Shown: positions 10,443 through 20,217 of the stretch, piece after piece | How the letters are laid out: the number at the start of each line of letters is the position of its first letter | Position numbering within the stretch: the first letter of the stretch is position 1 | Assembly: GCA_045863235.1 (NCBI GenBank) | Contig: BTUM01000008.1 | Coordinates: 32,001-96,000 of the forward strand | Length of the DNA: 64,000 nucleotides | From: Candidatus Xenobia bacterium | Lineage (GTDB): Bacteria > Vulcanimicrobiota > Xenobia > Xenobiales > QWHO01 | Direction: 5' to 3' | The notes under the pieces: generated by a model | Database searches by the model: none | The model's input: the letters and a program-made list of their open reading frames with translations, nothing else | Told to the model about the DNA's origin: nothing | Made by a program: the position numbers and the translations under genes

Positions 10443-10994
10443 GTGAGCCAGACCGAGGCCGACCTGCGTCGAATTATCCGTGAGGAAACCGCCTTTCGCG
10501 TGGGCTCGGGGTTTGACGTCCACCGCTTCGCCGAAGGACGCCCGATGATTCTCGGAGGCGTGGAGATTGAGTGCGACGTCGGCCTGCTCGGGCATTCCGA
10601 TGCTGATGTCGTCGTGCACGCCGCCATGGACGCCGTGCTCGGGGCGGCCGGCCTGCCCGACATTGGCAATCTCTTTCCGGATACCGACGAGCAGTTTCGA
10701 GGCGCCGACAGTCTCGAGCTGGCTCGTCGGGTAGCCTGGGCCGTGCATGAGGCGGGCTGGAGCATCGTGAACCTGGACCTGGCCGTGATGGCCGAAAAAC
10801 CCCGGCTGTCCCCTCACGTAGCCATCATGCGCGAGCGCATGGGCGGCGCCTTCGGACTGGAGCCCTGGCAGATCGGTATCAAGGCTACCACCATGGAGAG
10901 GCTCGGCTTCATCGGCCGCTCGGAAGGAATTGCGGCGCTGGCAACCGCGCTGCTGCGACACTATCCATCACCATCACGGGAGGAAACGCCATGA
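10443..10994 (+). CDS. ispF: 2-C-methyl-D-erythritol 2,4-cyclodiphosphate synthase
   Basis: RVGSGFDVH, GHSDADV, DIGNLFPDTD, IKATTMERLGFIGR. Confidence 0.96.
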   Translation: MSQTEADLRRIIREETAFRVGSGFDVHRFAEGRPMILGGVEIECDVGLLGHSDADVVVHAAMDAVLGAAGLPDIGNLFPDTDEQFRGADSLELARRVAWAVHEAGWSIVNLDLAVMAEKPRLSPHVAIMRERMGGAFGLEPWQIGIKATTMERLGFIGRSEGIAALATALLRHYPSPSREETP

Positions 10995-11689
10995 AAATCC
11001 GTTACTTGGGGCACTCAGCTGTAGCAGTCGAGCACCAGGACACCACCGTCGTCGTCGACCCCTTCATGACCGGGGGACCATGGGTCAAGACGGTCCCGGC
11101 CGACCTCCAGCCGACCACCATTCTGCTCACTCACGGCCACGAAGACCACGTGGGCGATGCGGTCGCGCTGAGCAAGAAGCACAACGCGCCCGTGGTGGCC
11201 ATGTTCGAGCTGGCCAACCGGCTGGCCGAGCTGGGAGCCGAAGTGGTGCACTGCGGCCTGGGCGGCCGCATCAAGCACGCCTGGGGCTGGTCCAAGCTGG
11301 TGCCCGCATGGCATTCCTCCTCTTTCCACGGCAAGTACATGGGCACGCCGGCCGGCGTGGTCTTCGAAGTCGGCGGACGGGTCTTCTATCACGCCGGAGA
11401 CACCTGCATCTTCTCGGACATGAAGCTGATCGCCGAGCTCTACAAGCCTGAGATCATGTTTCTCCCCATCGGGGGAGCGTTTACCATGGACGTCTTCGAG
11501 GCCGTCAAGGCTATCGAATTCGTCTCGCCTCGCTTTGCCATCCCCATCCACTACAACACGTTCGAGGCGATCAACCAGGACCCCGAGGAGTTCCGACGCG
11601 AGGTTGAGAGCCGATTCAGCACGCGGGTCCAGGTCATGGAGCCTCTGGACAGTTGGGAAATCCCCAGCCCGGTGACTAGCTCCAGGTAA
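10991..11689 (+). CDS. Metallo-beta-lactamase-fold hydrolase, UPF0173-like
   Basis: YLGHS, THGHEDH, HAGDT, LPIGG, IPIHYNTF. Confidence 0.9.
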   Translation: MKIRYLGHSAVAVEHQDTTVVVDPFMTGGPWVKTVPADLQPTTILLTHGHEDHVGDAVALSKKHNAPVVAMFELANRLAELGAEVVHCGLGGRIKHAWGWSKLVPAWHSSSFHGKYMGTPAGVVFEVGGRVFYHAGDTCIFSDMKLIAELYKPEIMFLPIGGAFTMDVFEAVKAIEFVSPRFAIPIHYNTFEAINQDPEEFRREVESRFSTRVQVMEPLDSWEIPSPVTSSR

Positions 11690-11731
11690 ACAGAAGGATT
11701 CCGCTCCCGGCTGGAAAAAACTTCAGTAGCC

Positions 11732-13513
11732 ATGCCGAAAGCTATTGCTCGTCTTCTATGCAGCCTGTCGCTGGCCCTCGGGCTGCTGTGCCCCGTTCTG
11801 GCCGATGACCTCAACCGGGTCACCCTGGTGCGCATCGGCCAGCACGGGGACACGCTGCGCCTGGTCCTGGAGACGGACCAGGCGCCTGTCTGCCAGGTCT
11901 ACCAGCGCAGCAAGCCAGAACGGCTGGTGATCGACCTGGTGGGGGCCGAACTGCCCAACAATCTGCGCCGGCCCACTCCCCGCGCTCCCTGGCTCCTGTC
12001 GAGCAACCTGCAGCAAGAGAACCTCAGCCGGGTGCGCTGGACGCTCAATCTACGCGAGCGGATCCCTGCCTCGCAGATCAAGACCGAAGTGCTGGACAAT
12101 CCTCCCCGGCTGGTGGTGGACATCGATCCCTATTACGCTCGCGAAGAGACCATCGCACTCAGCTCGGGACTCAAGTGGAACCGCCGCGAGGCAGCCAACT
12201 CCACGGGCTACCTTCTCTGGAACGACGTAAGTTATTCTCTGGACGACCCCAAAGTGCGCCTGGACGTAGGCCTGGCCCAGGATCGACTGGACGCCCGCGA
12301 GACCGTCAGCTCGATGGTGCGCCGCACGGGAGCGCGGGTGGGGATCAATGGCGGCTACTTCGCCACCTCTGGCGGCCCCCTCGGGCTGGTCGTCAAAGAG
12401 GGCAAGCTTCTGGCCCCCCACGTTGGGCGTCGGCCGCCGCGAACCGCCCTGGCCCAGACTCGTGATCGCAAAGTCAGCTTCAGCCGCATCGCTGCCCGCG
12501 GCGGGAAGCTCGTCTCCACGGACGGCAACACCTGGACCGACGTCCTGTTGGCCCTGGGCGGGGGTCCCCAGCTGGTTCACCGGGGAGCGATCGCCCTCAC
12601 GACCGACCAGGAAGCGCTGGGGCGCAGCGGCAATGACATCACCCGCTCGTGTGGCCGTACCGCGCTGGCCACCACCCGCGACGGGCGCATGCTGCTGGCC
12701 ACCGCAGCCGGCTGGCGAGATACTCACACTCAGGGCCTGCGTCTGGAGGAACTGGCTTCGCGCCTGATCCGTCGCGGGGCGGTGGAGGCCATGAACCTGG
12801 ACGGTGGTGCCAGCGTGGACATGGTCATCGGAGGCGACGTGGTGGGCTCGGGACCGGGCTCGACCACCCGCGAGAAGCCCGTGGCCACAGCCGTGCTGGT
12901 GCATGACGAGCACCCGGCCACTTATCCCGAGCGCATCCAGCTCAAGGTGGAGGAATCCAGCCTGCCGGCCGACGGGTCGAGCACGACCCGGGTGGTGGCC
13001 GAGGTGACCGCTCCCGGAGGGCAGAGCGTGCCCGATGGCACTCCCATTCGCTTCCTGGGCGACCGGGCCAGGCTCTCTGCTTATGCCACCACCGTCAAGG
13101 ACGGTCGGGCCAGCGTCGAGCTGACCTCCCTGCGCTTGCCCGGACCGGGTCTGGTCAGGGTGGAGTGCGGCGGAGCCCGAGCCGAGGAAAGCTTGCGCTA
13201 CCTGGCCGGCAGCCCGCGCCGCCTGCGGGCGGGCCTGGTGCGCCAGCGTTACCAGGCTCCTGGCCAGCTGGCGGTCGTGGCGGTGCAGGTCGATGACGAG
13301 TGGGGCAACCCGGTGGGCTCGGTGCCTATCCGGTGCGCCGAATCCGACTTTCAGATTCCGACCGATGGCAGCCTGCAGCTCGAAATTCCCTTCGAGCTGA
13401 AGGGCGGGACGGTCACGATCGAGTCGGCCGGCCTGAGCGCAGTCACGGTGACGGTGGGGGCGATGGAGGCACCGCTGGCTCCAAGCCCGTCTCCCTCCCC
13501 GAAGGCTCGCTGA
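11732..13513 (+). CDS. Secreted AMIN-like + phosphodiester glycosidase (NAGPA) + Ig-like (Big) domain protein
   Basis: RLVIDL/RLVVDI AMIN-like motifs; INGGYF, GGGPQLV, AMNLDGGAS; LPADGSSTTRVVAEV...VPDGTPI invasin-type Ig motif. Confidence 0.85.
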   Translation: MPKAIARLLCSLSLALGLLCPVLADDLNRVTLVRIGQHGDTLRLVLETDQAPVCQVYQRSKPERLVIDLVGAELPNNLRRPTPRAPWLLSSNLQQENLSRVRWTLNLRERIPASQIKTEVLDNPPRLVVDIDPYYAREETIALSSGLKWNRREAANSTGYLLWNDVSYSLDDPKVRLDVGLAQDRLDARETVSSMVRRTGARVGINGGYFATSGGPLGLVVKEGKLLAPHVGRRPPRTALAQTRDRKVSFSRIAARGGKLVSTDGNTWTDVLLALGGGPQLVHRGAIALTTDQEALGRSGNDITRSCGRTALATTRDGRMLLATAAGWRDTHTQGLRLEELASRLIRRGAVEAMNLDGGASVDMVIGGDVVGSGPGSTTREKPVATAVLVHDEHPATYPERIQLKVEESSLPADGSSTTRVVAEVTAPGGQSVPDGTPIRFLGDRARLSAYATTVKDGRASVELTSLRLPGPGLVRVECGGARAEESLRYLAGSPRRLRAGLVRQRYQAPGQLAVVAVQVDDEWGNPVGSVPIRCAESDFQIPTDGSLQLEIPFELKGGTVTIESAGLSAVTVTVGAMEAPLAPSPSPSPKAR

Positions 13514-15731
13514 CCAGCTGGTAAGTTCCGTTTCGCACCTCGACCACGTAGGCCCGGCGCCGATCGAGCTTCTTTCCGGGAGCAAAGCTGCCGGTCACCC
13601 CGACATACTCGGAAAGCCCGGCCAGGTAGTCGCGCACTGACCGCCGCGTTGCTCCCGGCGTTTCCAGCGCGGGCAAGACCATCTTGAGCACGTCATAGGC
13701 AGTGGCCTCGCGATGGGAGGGATCGAGATCGCCGAACATCTGCTGAAACTTGCGCTTGAAGTCGGCCACCTCGGGGCGGCTCACGTCCGGGTGAAAATAG
13801 GCCGAAAGCAGCAGTCCTTCCACGTCCTTACCTCCGGTACGCACCAGCTCGCTGCCGAAGAGACGGGCTTGACTGGCGGTGGGCACCTGGAGGCCAGCCT
13901 GGCGCAACTGGCGCATCAGGTCGACGAGCACCTGGGCCCGATAGTCAGCCAGAAAGACGAACTGGGGTCGGGACTTGATCAGCATCGGCAGGTTGCTCTC
14001 GCCGTAGGGCTGCTCAAAGACGACCTCCCCACCCCGCTTGAGCAAAATCGAGCTGAACTCGCCGGCCATGGTGTTGGACAGAGTCAGTCCCGGGTCGTAG
14101 AGGATGGCTCCCCGCTTTAATCCCAGCCCGGTGAAGTGAGCGGCCAGAGCGTCCAACCGCTCGAGATTGGAATCCGAGCCGGTGAAGCAGTAAGGACCGG
14201 CCTCCCAGATGCGCGGGTCGGAGGCCACCGGCGCCACCATGGCCAGGCCCGCGTCGTTGTAGACCGCAGCCACGGCCAGGGTGTGCTGGGAGTTGAAGGG
14301 TCCGATCTCCACAAGGTAGTCGGGCCGCGGGCAGATAGCCTCCTTGGAGAGCTGCAAGGCCAGAGGGAGCGAAGATTCGTCATTGTAGAGGTCGAGTACC
14401 AGGGGCCGCCCCCCCAACTGGTTCACCTCGGCCTGGGCCAGAGCCAGGCCATAGAGCAGGCTGACGCCTTCGTTCCCCTCGCGTCCGGACATGGAGGTCA
14501 ACACGGGCACGCGCACCGGAGGCTTCCCGAGCAGCAGAGCCAGCGCGTTCTGTTTGAGTATGTGGGCCTCGGCGTCGGCCGGGTTGCGCGTGACCAGGCC
14601 ATCCATCAGCTCGATGGCTTTGGCCGGTGAGCCTTGCTCCATCAGCTGCCTGGCCCGATTTTTCTCCGAGAGGCCGGTGCGGGTGAGGCTATCCAGGCTA
14701 CGAAAGGATGGCTTTGCACCGCCTGGCCGCACCAGGCCGACCAGAGCGGCGGTCAGAAAGAAGATCGTGGCCGACACCATCAGGGCCCCCAGCCAACGGG
14801 GAGCGCCGGACCCGGGCCTCAGCCTCGGAGCGGCCAGGGGAGAGGGTTCGGAATGGGGCCGTGCCACGCGACGTCGGGCCGGAGCCTCTGGACGCTTGTC
14901 TCCCAGGCGGGCCAGGATCAAGAGCAGGTCTCGCACCAATTCGCTGGTATCCGAGTAGCGCTGGCCCGGGTCAGGCTGCAAACAGCGCAGCACCAGCGCC
15001 TCGGTGTCGGTACCGATATCCTTGCGGTGGGGTCGAATGCGGTGGCTGCCGTAAATAGGGGACGGGGGCTTGCCGGTCAGGACGTAGTAGAGCGTGCCAC
15101 CCAGGGAGTAGATGTCGCTGCGGCCATCCGTCTGGCGCGAGTCCTCCCACTGCTCGGGAGCGGCGTAGCCGACCGAGCCCGAAGCCTGGGTGTCGCGACG
15201 CTTCTTCGGGTCGAAATGGCGCGCCAGGCCAAAATCGATCAGCTTGACCACGCGGCCCTCGCCGGCCGGACCGCTCATGGAGGTGGTGATCATCACGTTC
15301 TCGGGCTTGAGGTCGCGGAAGATCACGGGTGGATTCTGCTGATGAAGGTAGCCCAGCACCTGAGCGATCTCCAGGGCCCAGCGCATGGCCTGCAACTCGC
15401 TCAAGGGGCCCTCGACCTCGACCACCTTGGCCAGATTCTGGCCTTCGACGAACTCCATGACCAGGTAGTTCTTGCCCTGGTCTTCGAAGTGGTCCACGAT
15501 CATGGGCAGGCTCTTGTGCCGCAGTCCGGCCAGCATGTGAGCCTCGCGATTGAAGTTCTCAGTCGCCTCCTTGAGCAGTACCGGGTCGTAACAAACCATC
15601 TCTTTGATGGCCCACAGCTTGCCAGACAGGCGACGGTCTTCGCAAAGATAGACCGCGCCCATGCCCCCCCGACCGAGGGGGCGGACGATCACAAAGCGAT
15701 CGAGCAAGACGTGACCTGGTTCCAGAGTCAT
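13443..15731 (-). CDS. Ser/Thr kinase - TM - periplasmic binding protein (LivJ/PBP1-like) receptor kinase
   Basis: LGRGGMGAVY, AIKE, RDLKPEN, DFG, GYAAPE; TM segment; IGPFNS, AYD and YVGVTG type-1 PBP features. Confidence 0.9.
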   Translation of the reverse strand: MTLEPGHVLLDRFVIVRPLGRGGMGAVYLCEDRRLSGKLWAIKEMVCYDPVLLKEATENFNREAHMLAGLRHKSLPMIVDHFEDQGKNYLVMEFVEGQNLAKVVEVEGPLSELQAMRWALEIAQVLGYLHQQNPPVIFRDLKPENVMITTSMSGPAGEGRVVKLIDFGLARHFDPKKRRDTQASGSVGYAAPEQWEDSRQTDGRSDIYSLGGTLYYVLTGKPPSPIYGSHRIRPHRKDIGTDTEALVLRCLQPDPGQRYSDTSELVRDLLLILARLGDKRPEAPARRRVARPHSEPSPLAAPRLRPGSGAPRWLGALMVSATIFFLTAALVGLVRPGGAKPSFRSLDSLTRTGLSEKNRARQLMEQGSPAKAIELMDGLVTRNPADAEAHILKQNALALLLGKPPVRVPVLTSMSGREGNEGVSLLYGLALAQAEVNQLGGRPLVLDLYNDESSLPLALQLSKEAICPRPDYLVEIGPFNSQHTLAVAAVYNDAGLAMVAPVASDPRIWEAGPYCFTGSDSNLERLDALAAHFTGLGLKRGAILYDPGLTLSNTMAGEFSSILLKRGGEVVFEQPYGESNLPMLIKSRPQFVFLADYRAQVLVDLMRQLRQAGLQVPTASQARLFGSELVRTGGKDVEGLLLSAYFHPDVSRPEVADFKRKFQQMFGDLDPSHREATAYDVLKMVLPALETPGATRRSVRDYLAGLSEYVGVTGSFAPGKKLDRRRAYVVEVRNGTYQLVSEPSGRETGLEPAVPPSPPPSP

Positions 15732-15801
15732 CCCTCCGTGAGTTCATGGCTTCCAGCCAGTGCGGGAGGGTATCCTGCAGGGAGGCCACGAAGATTTCCC
15801 C

Positions 15802-16590
15802 ATGAACGTCCTCCTGGCCGTGGACGAAGTCGGGCTGGCCGAAGAGCTGCTGCAAAATCTGAGCCTGCCTGACCCGAGCTACGTGGCGGTTGTGGCTGCT
15901 GCCGGAGGTCCGGCCTCGGGTGACGTGCGCAAACGACTCAAAAATGTGGCCGAGCGGCAGCGCCGACCGGGCGTGGAGGCCTCCACCCTCACCCTTACGG
16001 GAGATCCAGCCCGATCGATCCTGAAGATGGCCGTCGAATTGCCCGCCGACCTGGTCGTCCTGGGCGTGTCTTCAACCGGTGACCAGTCGGGCGGGCTGGC
16101 CGCCAGGCTGGTGCAGAGCTGTCAGTGCCCCGTGGGCATCGCCCGCACCGGCCGCCCCATCCGCAACGTGGTTCTGGCCGTCAACCAGATCGAGACAGCC
16201 AACCGATGCCTGGACTTCCTCTCCCAGTTCCCCTGGCCCAAGGATGGCGTCACCTTTACTCCTGTGGCCGTCTGTGGCGAGCCGTCCAAGGAAGCGCTTC
16301 GTCGCGAGGTGCTCGCCGAGGTCAGCCGGCGCCTCGAGGACTGGACTGTCCGTTGCCAGCCCCGCCTGGAGACAGGCCAGGCCACAGCGGCCATTCTGAA
16401 GGCTGCCAGCGAGCTGGGGGCCGAGCTGGTGGTGGTGGGAAGCCGCGAGTTGTCCGCCCCGGCCCGCTTGTTTCTGGGCAGCGTTTCGGGGCAGGTGATG
16501 AGCCAGGCGGCCTGCAACGTGCTGGTGGTGCGCGGGAGGGTGGGGGTGGCCCTGGATCAGGAGGATCGGCCGGCCGAAGAGCTCGTTTGA
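15802..16590 (+). CDS. Tandem universal stress protein
   Basis: NVLLAVD, ADLVVLG, AELVVVGSR...FLGSVSGQV...CNVLVVR. Confidence 0.85.
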   Translation: MNVLLAVDEVGLAEELLQNLSLPDPSYVAVVAAAGGPASGDVRKRLKNVAERQRRPGVEASTLTLTGDPARSILKMAVELPADLVVLGVSSTGDQSGGLAARLVQSCQCPVGIARTGRPIRNVVLAVNQIETANRCLDFLSQFPWPKDGVTFTPVAVCGEPSKEALRREVLAEVSRRLEDWTVRCQPRLETGQATAAILKAASELGAELVVVGSRELSAPARLFLGSVSGQVMSQAACNVLVVRGRVGVALDQEDRPAEELV

Positions 16591-16632
16591 GCTTGCCATC
16601 GCGACATCGGTGAGCCGAGACCTGCCAGGAAT

Positions 16633-16780
16633 GGCCCTGGTCGGGGTCTGTTGACGCCTGCTGAGCGAGGTTCTCCCGCCCGCCCGCCGCGAGCCATGCG
16701 GTTCCCAAAGTGCGGGGACCAGCAGACCAGCTCGGCTCGATCTTCGGACCGAACTTCGCCAGGGTTTCCTGACCAGGGCC
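16633..16780. ncRNA. Candidate structured intergenic RNA, family unknown
   Basis: GGCCCTGGTCGGGG (16633-46) pairs with TCCTGACCAGGGCC (16767-80) and encloses several internal hairpins. Confidence 0.3.
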
Positions 16781-16858
16781 GGGAGAATCCCCTGCTCCGG
16801 GCAGGGGCCGGCAGGGGGCGGGGCAAAGCCGCCATGGACCACGCCGCCAGGAGGCTCC

Positions 16859-17812
16859 ATGCACCGTATCTTGATCGTCCTGATTGCCCTGTCCACGCTG
16901 CTGACGGCCCGAGCCCAGACAGGCCCGGTGGACCTGCGCGGCGACGAGGGCCTGCTGATGGACCTCAAACCCACCGGCGCCGTCTGGCTTGGCAACGACC
17001 GCGTCCTGGTCTGTGACCGGCGCTTCAACGACTTCCACATCTTCGACCTGACGGGCCGGCGCTACAAGTTCCTCTCCTATCCGGTCCGCTCCGTCCCGAT
17101 CGCCCAGTTCTCCTGCCTTACGCCGCTGGACGAGACCAGCTACCTGACCGCCGGCTCCCACCATCACGAGAAGAACCACGTGCGTTACGTCAGCGCCCGC
17201 AGCGTGGTTTTCCGGGTTGGCCTGGAAGGGGAAGAGCTGGCTCGCTGGTGCGGCGAGGTGAACCTCGAGCCCGACCGGGCCCTGCGCGCCACCGGCAATT
17301 TCGGCGAGTCCCCCCGCACGCCGCTCGAGCTCCAGGGCCTGGCGGTGGACACCAAGAACAAGCGCATCTTTTTCGGCTGCTCGCAACCGATGTCCAGCCA
17401 GGAAACCATTCTGGTCTATGAAGGCAAGCTGGACAAGTTCCTGGCCCGTGACAAAGGCTTTGAGCTCAAAGAACTGAAGACCGACCTCAAACCAGAGACC
17501 GATCCGACCACCAACACTCCGTATTTCCTGGCTGACATGCAGTACATTCCAGGAGAAGGCTTACTCCTCTTGCTGGGCTCCCAGTCCTATGACAAGCGCA
17601 CCTTTGGAGCCAGCCAGCTGTGGATGTTGCGGGGTGGTTTTCCCCCACCCAAGCTCATCATGAAAGACATCGCTCCCGGCAATCGAGCTGCCGGGCTGGC
17701 CGTTCGCCACATCAAGGAACGCAACTACGACGTCGCCATCACTTTTGACAACGATCCCGAGGAAACCCGTATCCCCTCACGCCTGTTGGTGTTGCCGGGA
17801 GTCAAGCTGTAG
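16859..17812 (+). CDS. Secreted hypothetical protein, probable beta-propeller
   Basis: GGAGG RBS, signal peptide ARA|Q, repeated beta-blade-like segments (LQGLAVD, AAGLAVR). Confidence 0.75.
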   Translation: MHRILIVLIALSTLLTARAQTGPVDLRGDEGLLMDLKPTGAVWLGNDRVLVCDRRFNDFHIFDLTGRRYKFLSYPVRSVPIAQFSCLTPLDETSYLTAGSHHHEKNHVRYVSARSVVFRVGLEGEELARWCGEVNLEPDRALRATGNFGESPRTPLELQGLAVDTKNKRIFFGCSQPMSSQETILVYEGKLDKFLARDKGFELKELKTDLKPETDPTTNTPYFLADMQYIPGEGLLLLLGSQSYDKRTFGASQLWMLRGGFPPPKLIMKDIAPGNRAAGLAVRHIKERNYDVAITFDNDPEETRIPSRLLVLPGVKL

Positions 17813-18898
17813 GTGGGCGAGGTCGAGTTATCCGCCCTGCGCGAGCGCATCGCCGAGATCGACGAGCAGATCTTGAGCCTGATTGGCGAGCGACTCGAAA
17901 CCGCGGTAGCCGTGGCTGAGGCCAAGCGCAGCGGGAGGATCCCTGTGCGCAACTTCCAGGTGGAAGTGGAGGTGCTGGCCCGCGCCCGCCGGGCAGCCCG
18001 GCAGAAAGGGTTTGACGAAGAGCTTGCCCAGCGGGTGCTTCGCGAGCTGATCGAAGCATCGGTCAGCACCCAGACCCAGCACAACATGACCCCCTCCGAG
18101 CGCCAGCAGCGGGTTCTCATCGTGGGAGGAGGCGGCCGCATGGGCCGCTGGCTGGGGCAGTTCTTCGCCGACCAGGGCCATCAGGTGGCTGTGACCGACC
18201 CGAGCTGGCAGAACAGCCTGCCGCTGCGAGAGGGGGTGGCCGAGGCCGAAGTGGTGGCGCTTGCCACCCCCCTCTCCGCCACCCCCCCGGTCCTTCGGGA
18301 AGTGCTCGCGCTTCCCCAGCGCCCGCTCGTGTTCGACATCTGCAGCCTCAAGGGCGAGCTCATCCCGATTCTGCGTGAGGCGGCCGGCCAGGGCCATCGG
18401 GTCACCAGCCTGCACCCGATGTTCGGTCCCGGGCCGGCGCTGCTATCGGGGCAGACCCTGCTGGTCTGCGACGCGGGCCACGCCGAGGCCACGCGTCAGG
18501 CGCGCGCTCTCTTTTCGCACAGCGCTCTCAGTCTCTGCGACCTGCCCCTCGAAGAGCACGACCGGGTGATGAGCGTGGTGCTCGGGATGAGTCACGCGAT
18601 CAACCTGGTCTTCGCGCTCACCCTGGCCCGCTTCGGCTTGCCTCTGGAGCAGTTGGGACGACTCGCCTCGAGCACCTTCGCCCGTCAGATCCAGACCACC
18701 GCCCAGGTGGCGGGCGAGAATCCCTCTCTCTACCACCAGATCCAGTTCCTCAATCAGCACACAGGTGGGGTCTACCAGGCCCTGAGCAGCGCGCTGGCCG
18801 ACTTCCGCGCCGCCGCCACCTGTTCCGACGAAGACCAGTTCGTCTGCTTGATGGACGAGTGTCGCCAGTTCTTTTACGGAAAGAATGCCGATGGCTGA
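17813..18898 (+). CDS. tyrA: Bifunctional chorismate mutase/prephenate dehydrogenase
   Basis: LRERIAEIDEQILSLIGER (AroQ type); IVGGGGRMG, DICSLK, HPMFGP, EHDRVM. Confidence 0.9.
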   Translation: MGEVELSALRERIAEIDEQILSLIGERLETAVAVAEAKRSGRIPVRNFQVEVEVLARARRAARQKGFDEELAQRVLRELIEASVSTQTQHNMTPSERQQRVLIVGGGGRMGRWLGQFFADQGHQVAVTDPSWQNSLPLREGVAEAEVVALATPLSATPPVLREVLALPQRPLVFDICSLKGELIPILREAAGQGHRVTSLHPMFGPGPALLSGQTLLVCDAGHAEATRQARALFSHSALSLCDLPLEEHDRVMSVVLGMSHAINLVFALTLARFGLPLEQLGRLASSTFARQIQTTAQVAGENPSLYHQIQFLNQHTGGVYQALSSALADFRAAATCSDEDQFVCLMDECRQFFYGKNADG

Positions 18899-19253
18899 TC
18901 AGATCGTCATCCGGGGATTGAAGGCGGACTGCATCATCGGTCTGGCCGATTGGGAGCGCATGGTGCGCCAGACCGTCTCGCTGGACCTGTGGCTGGACTG
19001 CCAGGTCGGCCTGGCGGCTCAGCACGACAAGGTTGTGGAGGGGGTTCTCAATACCCGCAGCCTCTCCAAGCGCGTCCAGGCCTTCATTGCCGACTCCGAG
19101 TTCCAGCTCATCGAAACCCTGGCCGAGCGCCTGGCGGCCCTGATCCTGCGCGAGTTCCCCGTCCAGAGAGTGCGCCTGCAACTGGCCAAGCCAGGCGCGT
19201 TGCGGGGAGCCGAGTCGGTCGCCGTTCGCATCGTGCGACCCCGCGGTTCATAG
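18891..19253 (+). CDS. folB: Dihydroneopterin aldolase
   Basis: DQIVIRGL, IG..DWER...Q, FQLIETLAE, KPGAL. Confidence 0.92.
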   Translation: MADQIVIRGLKADCIIGLADWERMVRQTVSLDLWLDCQVGLAAQHDKVVEGVLNTRSLSKRVQAFIADSEFQLIETLAERLAALILREFPVQRVRLQLAKPGALRGAESVAVRIVRPRGS

Positions 19254-19318
19254 ACAAGGACCGCCTTCACTGACGAAGGTCATTCCTCCCAGGCGCTCTC
19301 GGCCCTTATCATGCTTGA

Positions 19319-19789
19319 GTGGAGACCTCTTCGCCCGCTCACGTTTTTCGCGTCAGCCTGGGGCGCTTTCTCCGGTGGTTCGCTCTACCGGGGAGCCTGC
19401 TGGGAGGCTATTGCCTCTATCTCCTGTGGTGGCTCTGGCGGGTCTGGCCCGCGGCCGTGGAGGGGCGGCTGGGAATGGCCCTCCCCCTGGTCGTTCTGGT
19501 AGGGCTGATCTTCGGCTCACTGGGGTCCATTGCCTGGGCCCACGCCGGTCTGGAATATGAGCTTCAGGCATACGGTTTGATCGTCAAGCAGCGGGGTGCG
19601 CGCCTGCACTTCTCGTGGGACCGGTTGATCTGCACTCGCTCCCATCGCGCGAGCTGGCGGGCCCGCCTGCACCTGTCCGACGGGGAGAAGGAGCACCTGG
19701 TCGAAAGCTTCTTCCTGCCAGATTTCGAGACCCTGGCAACCCTGGCTCAGCAACGCGCCCGGCGTCGCAGCACAACTCTGACCCCCTGA
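19319..19789 (+). CDS. Membrane protein with two TM helices and a PH-like tail
   Basis: Two hydrophobic segments followed by YEL...GLIVKQ...FSWDR. Confidence 0.65.
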   Translation: METSSPAHVFRVSLGRFLRWFALPGSLLGGYCLYLLWWLWRVWPAAVEGRLGMALPLVVLVGLIFGSLGSIAWAHAGLEYELQAYGLIVKQRGARLHFSWDRLICTRSHRASWRARLHLSDGEKEHLVESFFLPDFETLATLAQQRARRRSTTLTP

Positions 19790-19836
19790 CCTGGATCATA
19801 TTACCCGCCACCCAGAGGCGCTATCCTCTGGATACG

Positions 19837-20217
19837 ATGAGACCTAAAGCATTAAGTCTACTGGAACTGGTGGTGGCGGTGGGGGTATTCGCGACCGCCT
19901 TTCTCCTTCTCCTGGGTGTCTTCCCCACGGCCACCCGGGCCATCCGCCAGGCCAACGAGTATCTCACCGCTTCCTTCCTGGCCGAGCAGGAGATCGAGAC
20001 GGTCCGAGGCCTCGCGTTTGAGGATATCGACGACGTGTCTCCTCGCGAGGTCACCGTCCAAACCACAAACCGGGGGACCACCGCGGACGCAAGCTATACT
20101 GTCGAGGTGGACATCGACAGCCTGAATCCAGAGCTCAAGCGCATTCGAATTCTGGTCAGCTGGACCCGCGAGCGACCCCGCAGTCTGGAGTTGAGCACCT
20201 ATGTCGCAGACTACTGA
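19837..20217 (+). CDS. Type IV minor pilin, PilV-like
   Basis: Class III signal KA|LSLLELVVAVGV with Glu at +5. Confidence 0.85.
   Translation: MRPKALSLLELVVAVGVFATAFLLLLGVFPTATRAIRQANEYLTASFLAEQEIETVRGLAFEDIDDVSPREVTVQTTNRGTTADASYTVEVDIDSLNPELKRIRILVSWTRERPRSLELSTYVADY

Noticed and set aside
16611..16627. GAGCCGAGACCTGCCA resembling the cobalamin riboswitch 3' box
   Set aside because: The upstream core elements are absent and that region is USP coding sequence
17810..17815. In-frame TAG-GTG junction suggesting amber read-through fusion
   Set aside because: A GGGAG RBS precedes the GTG, a secreted-protein/TyrA fusion is implausible, and no pyl genes are in the window
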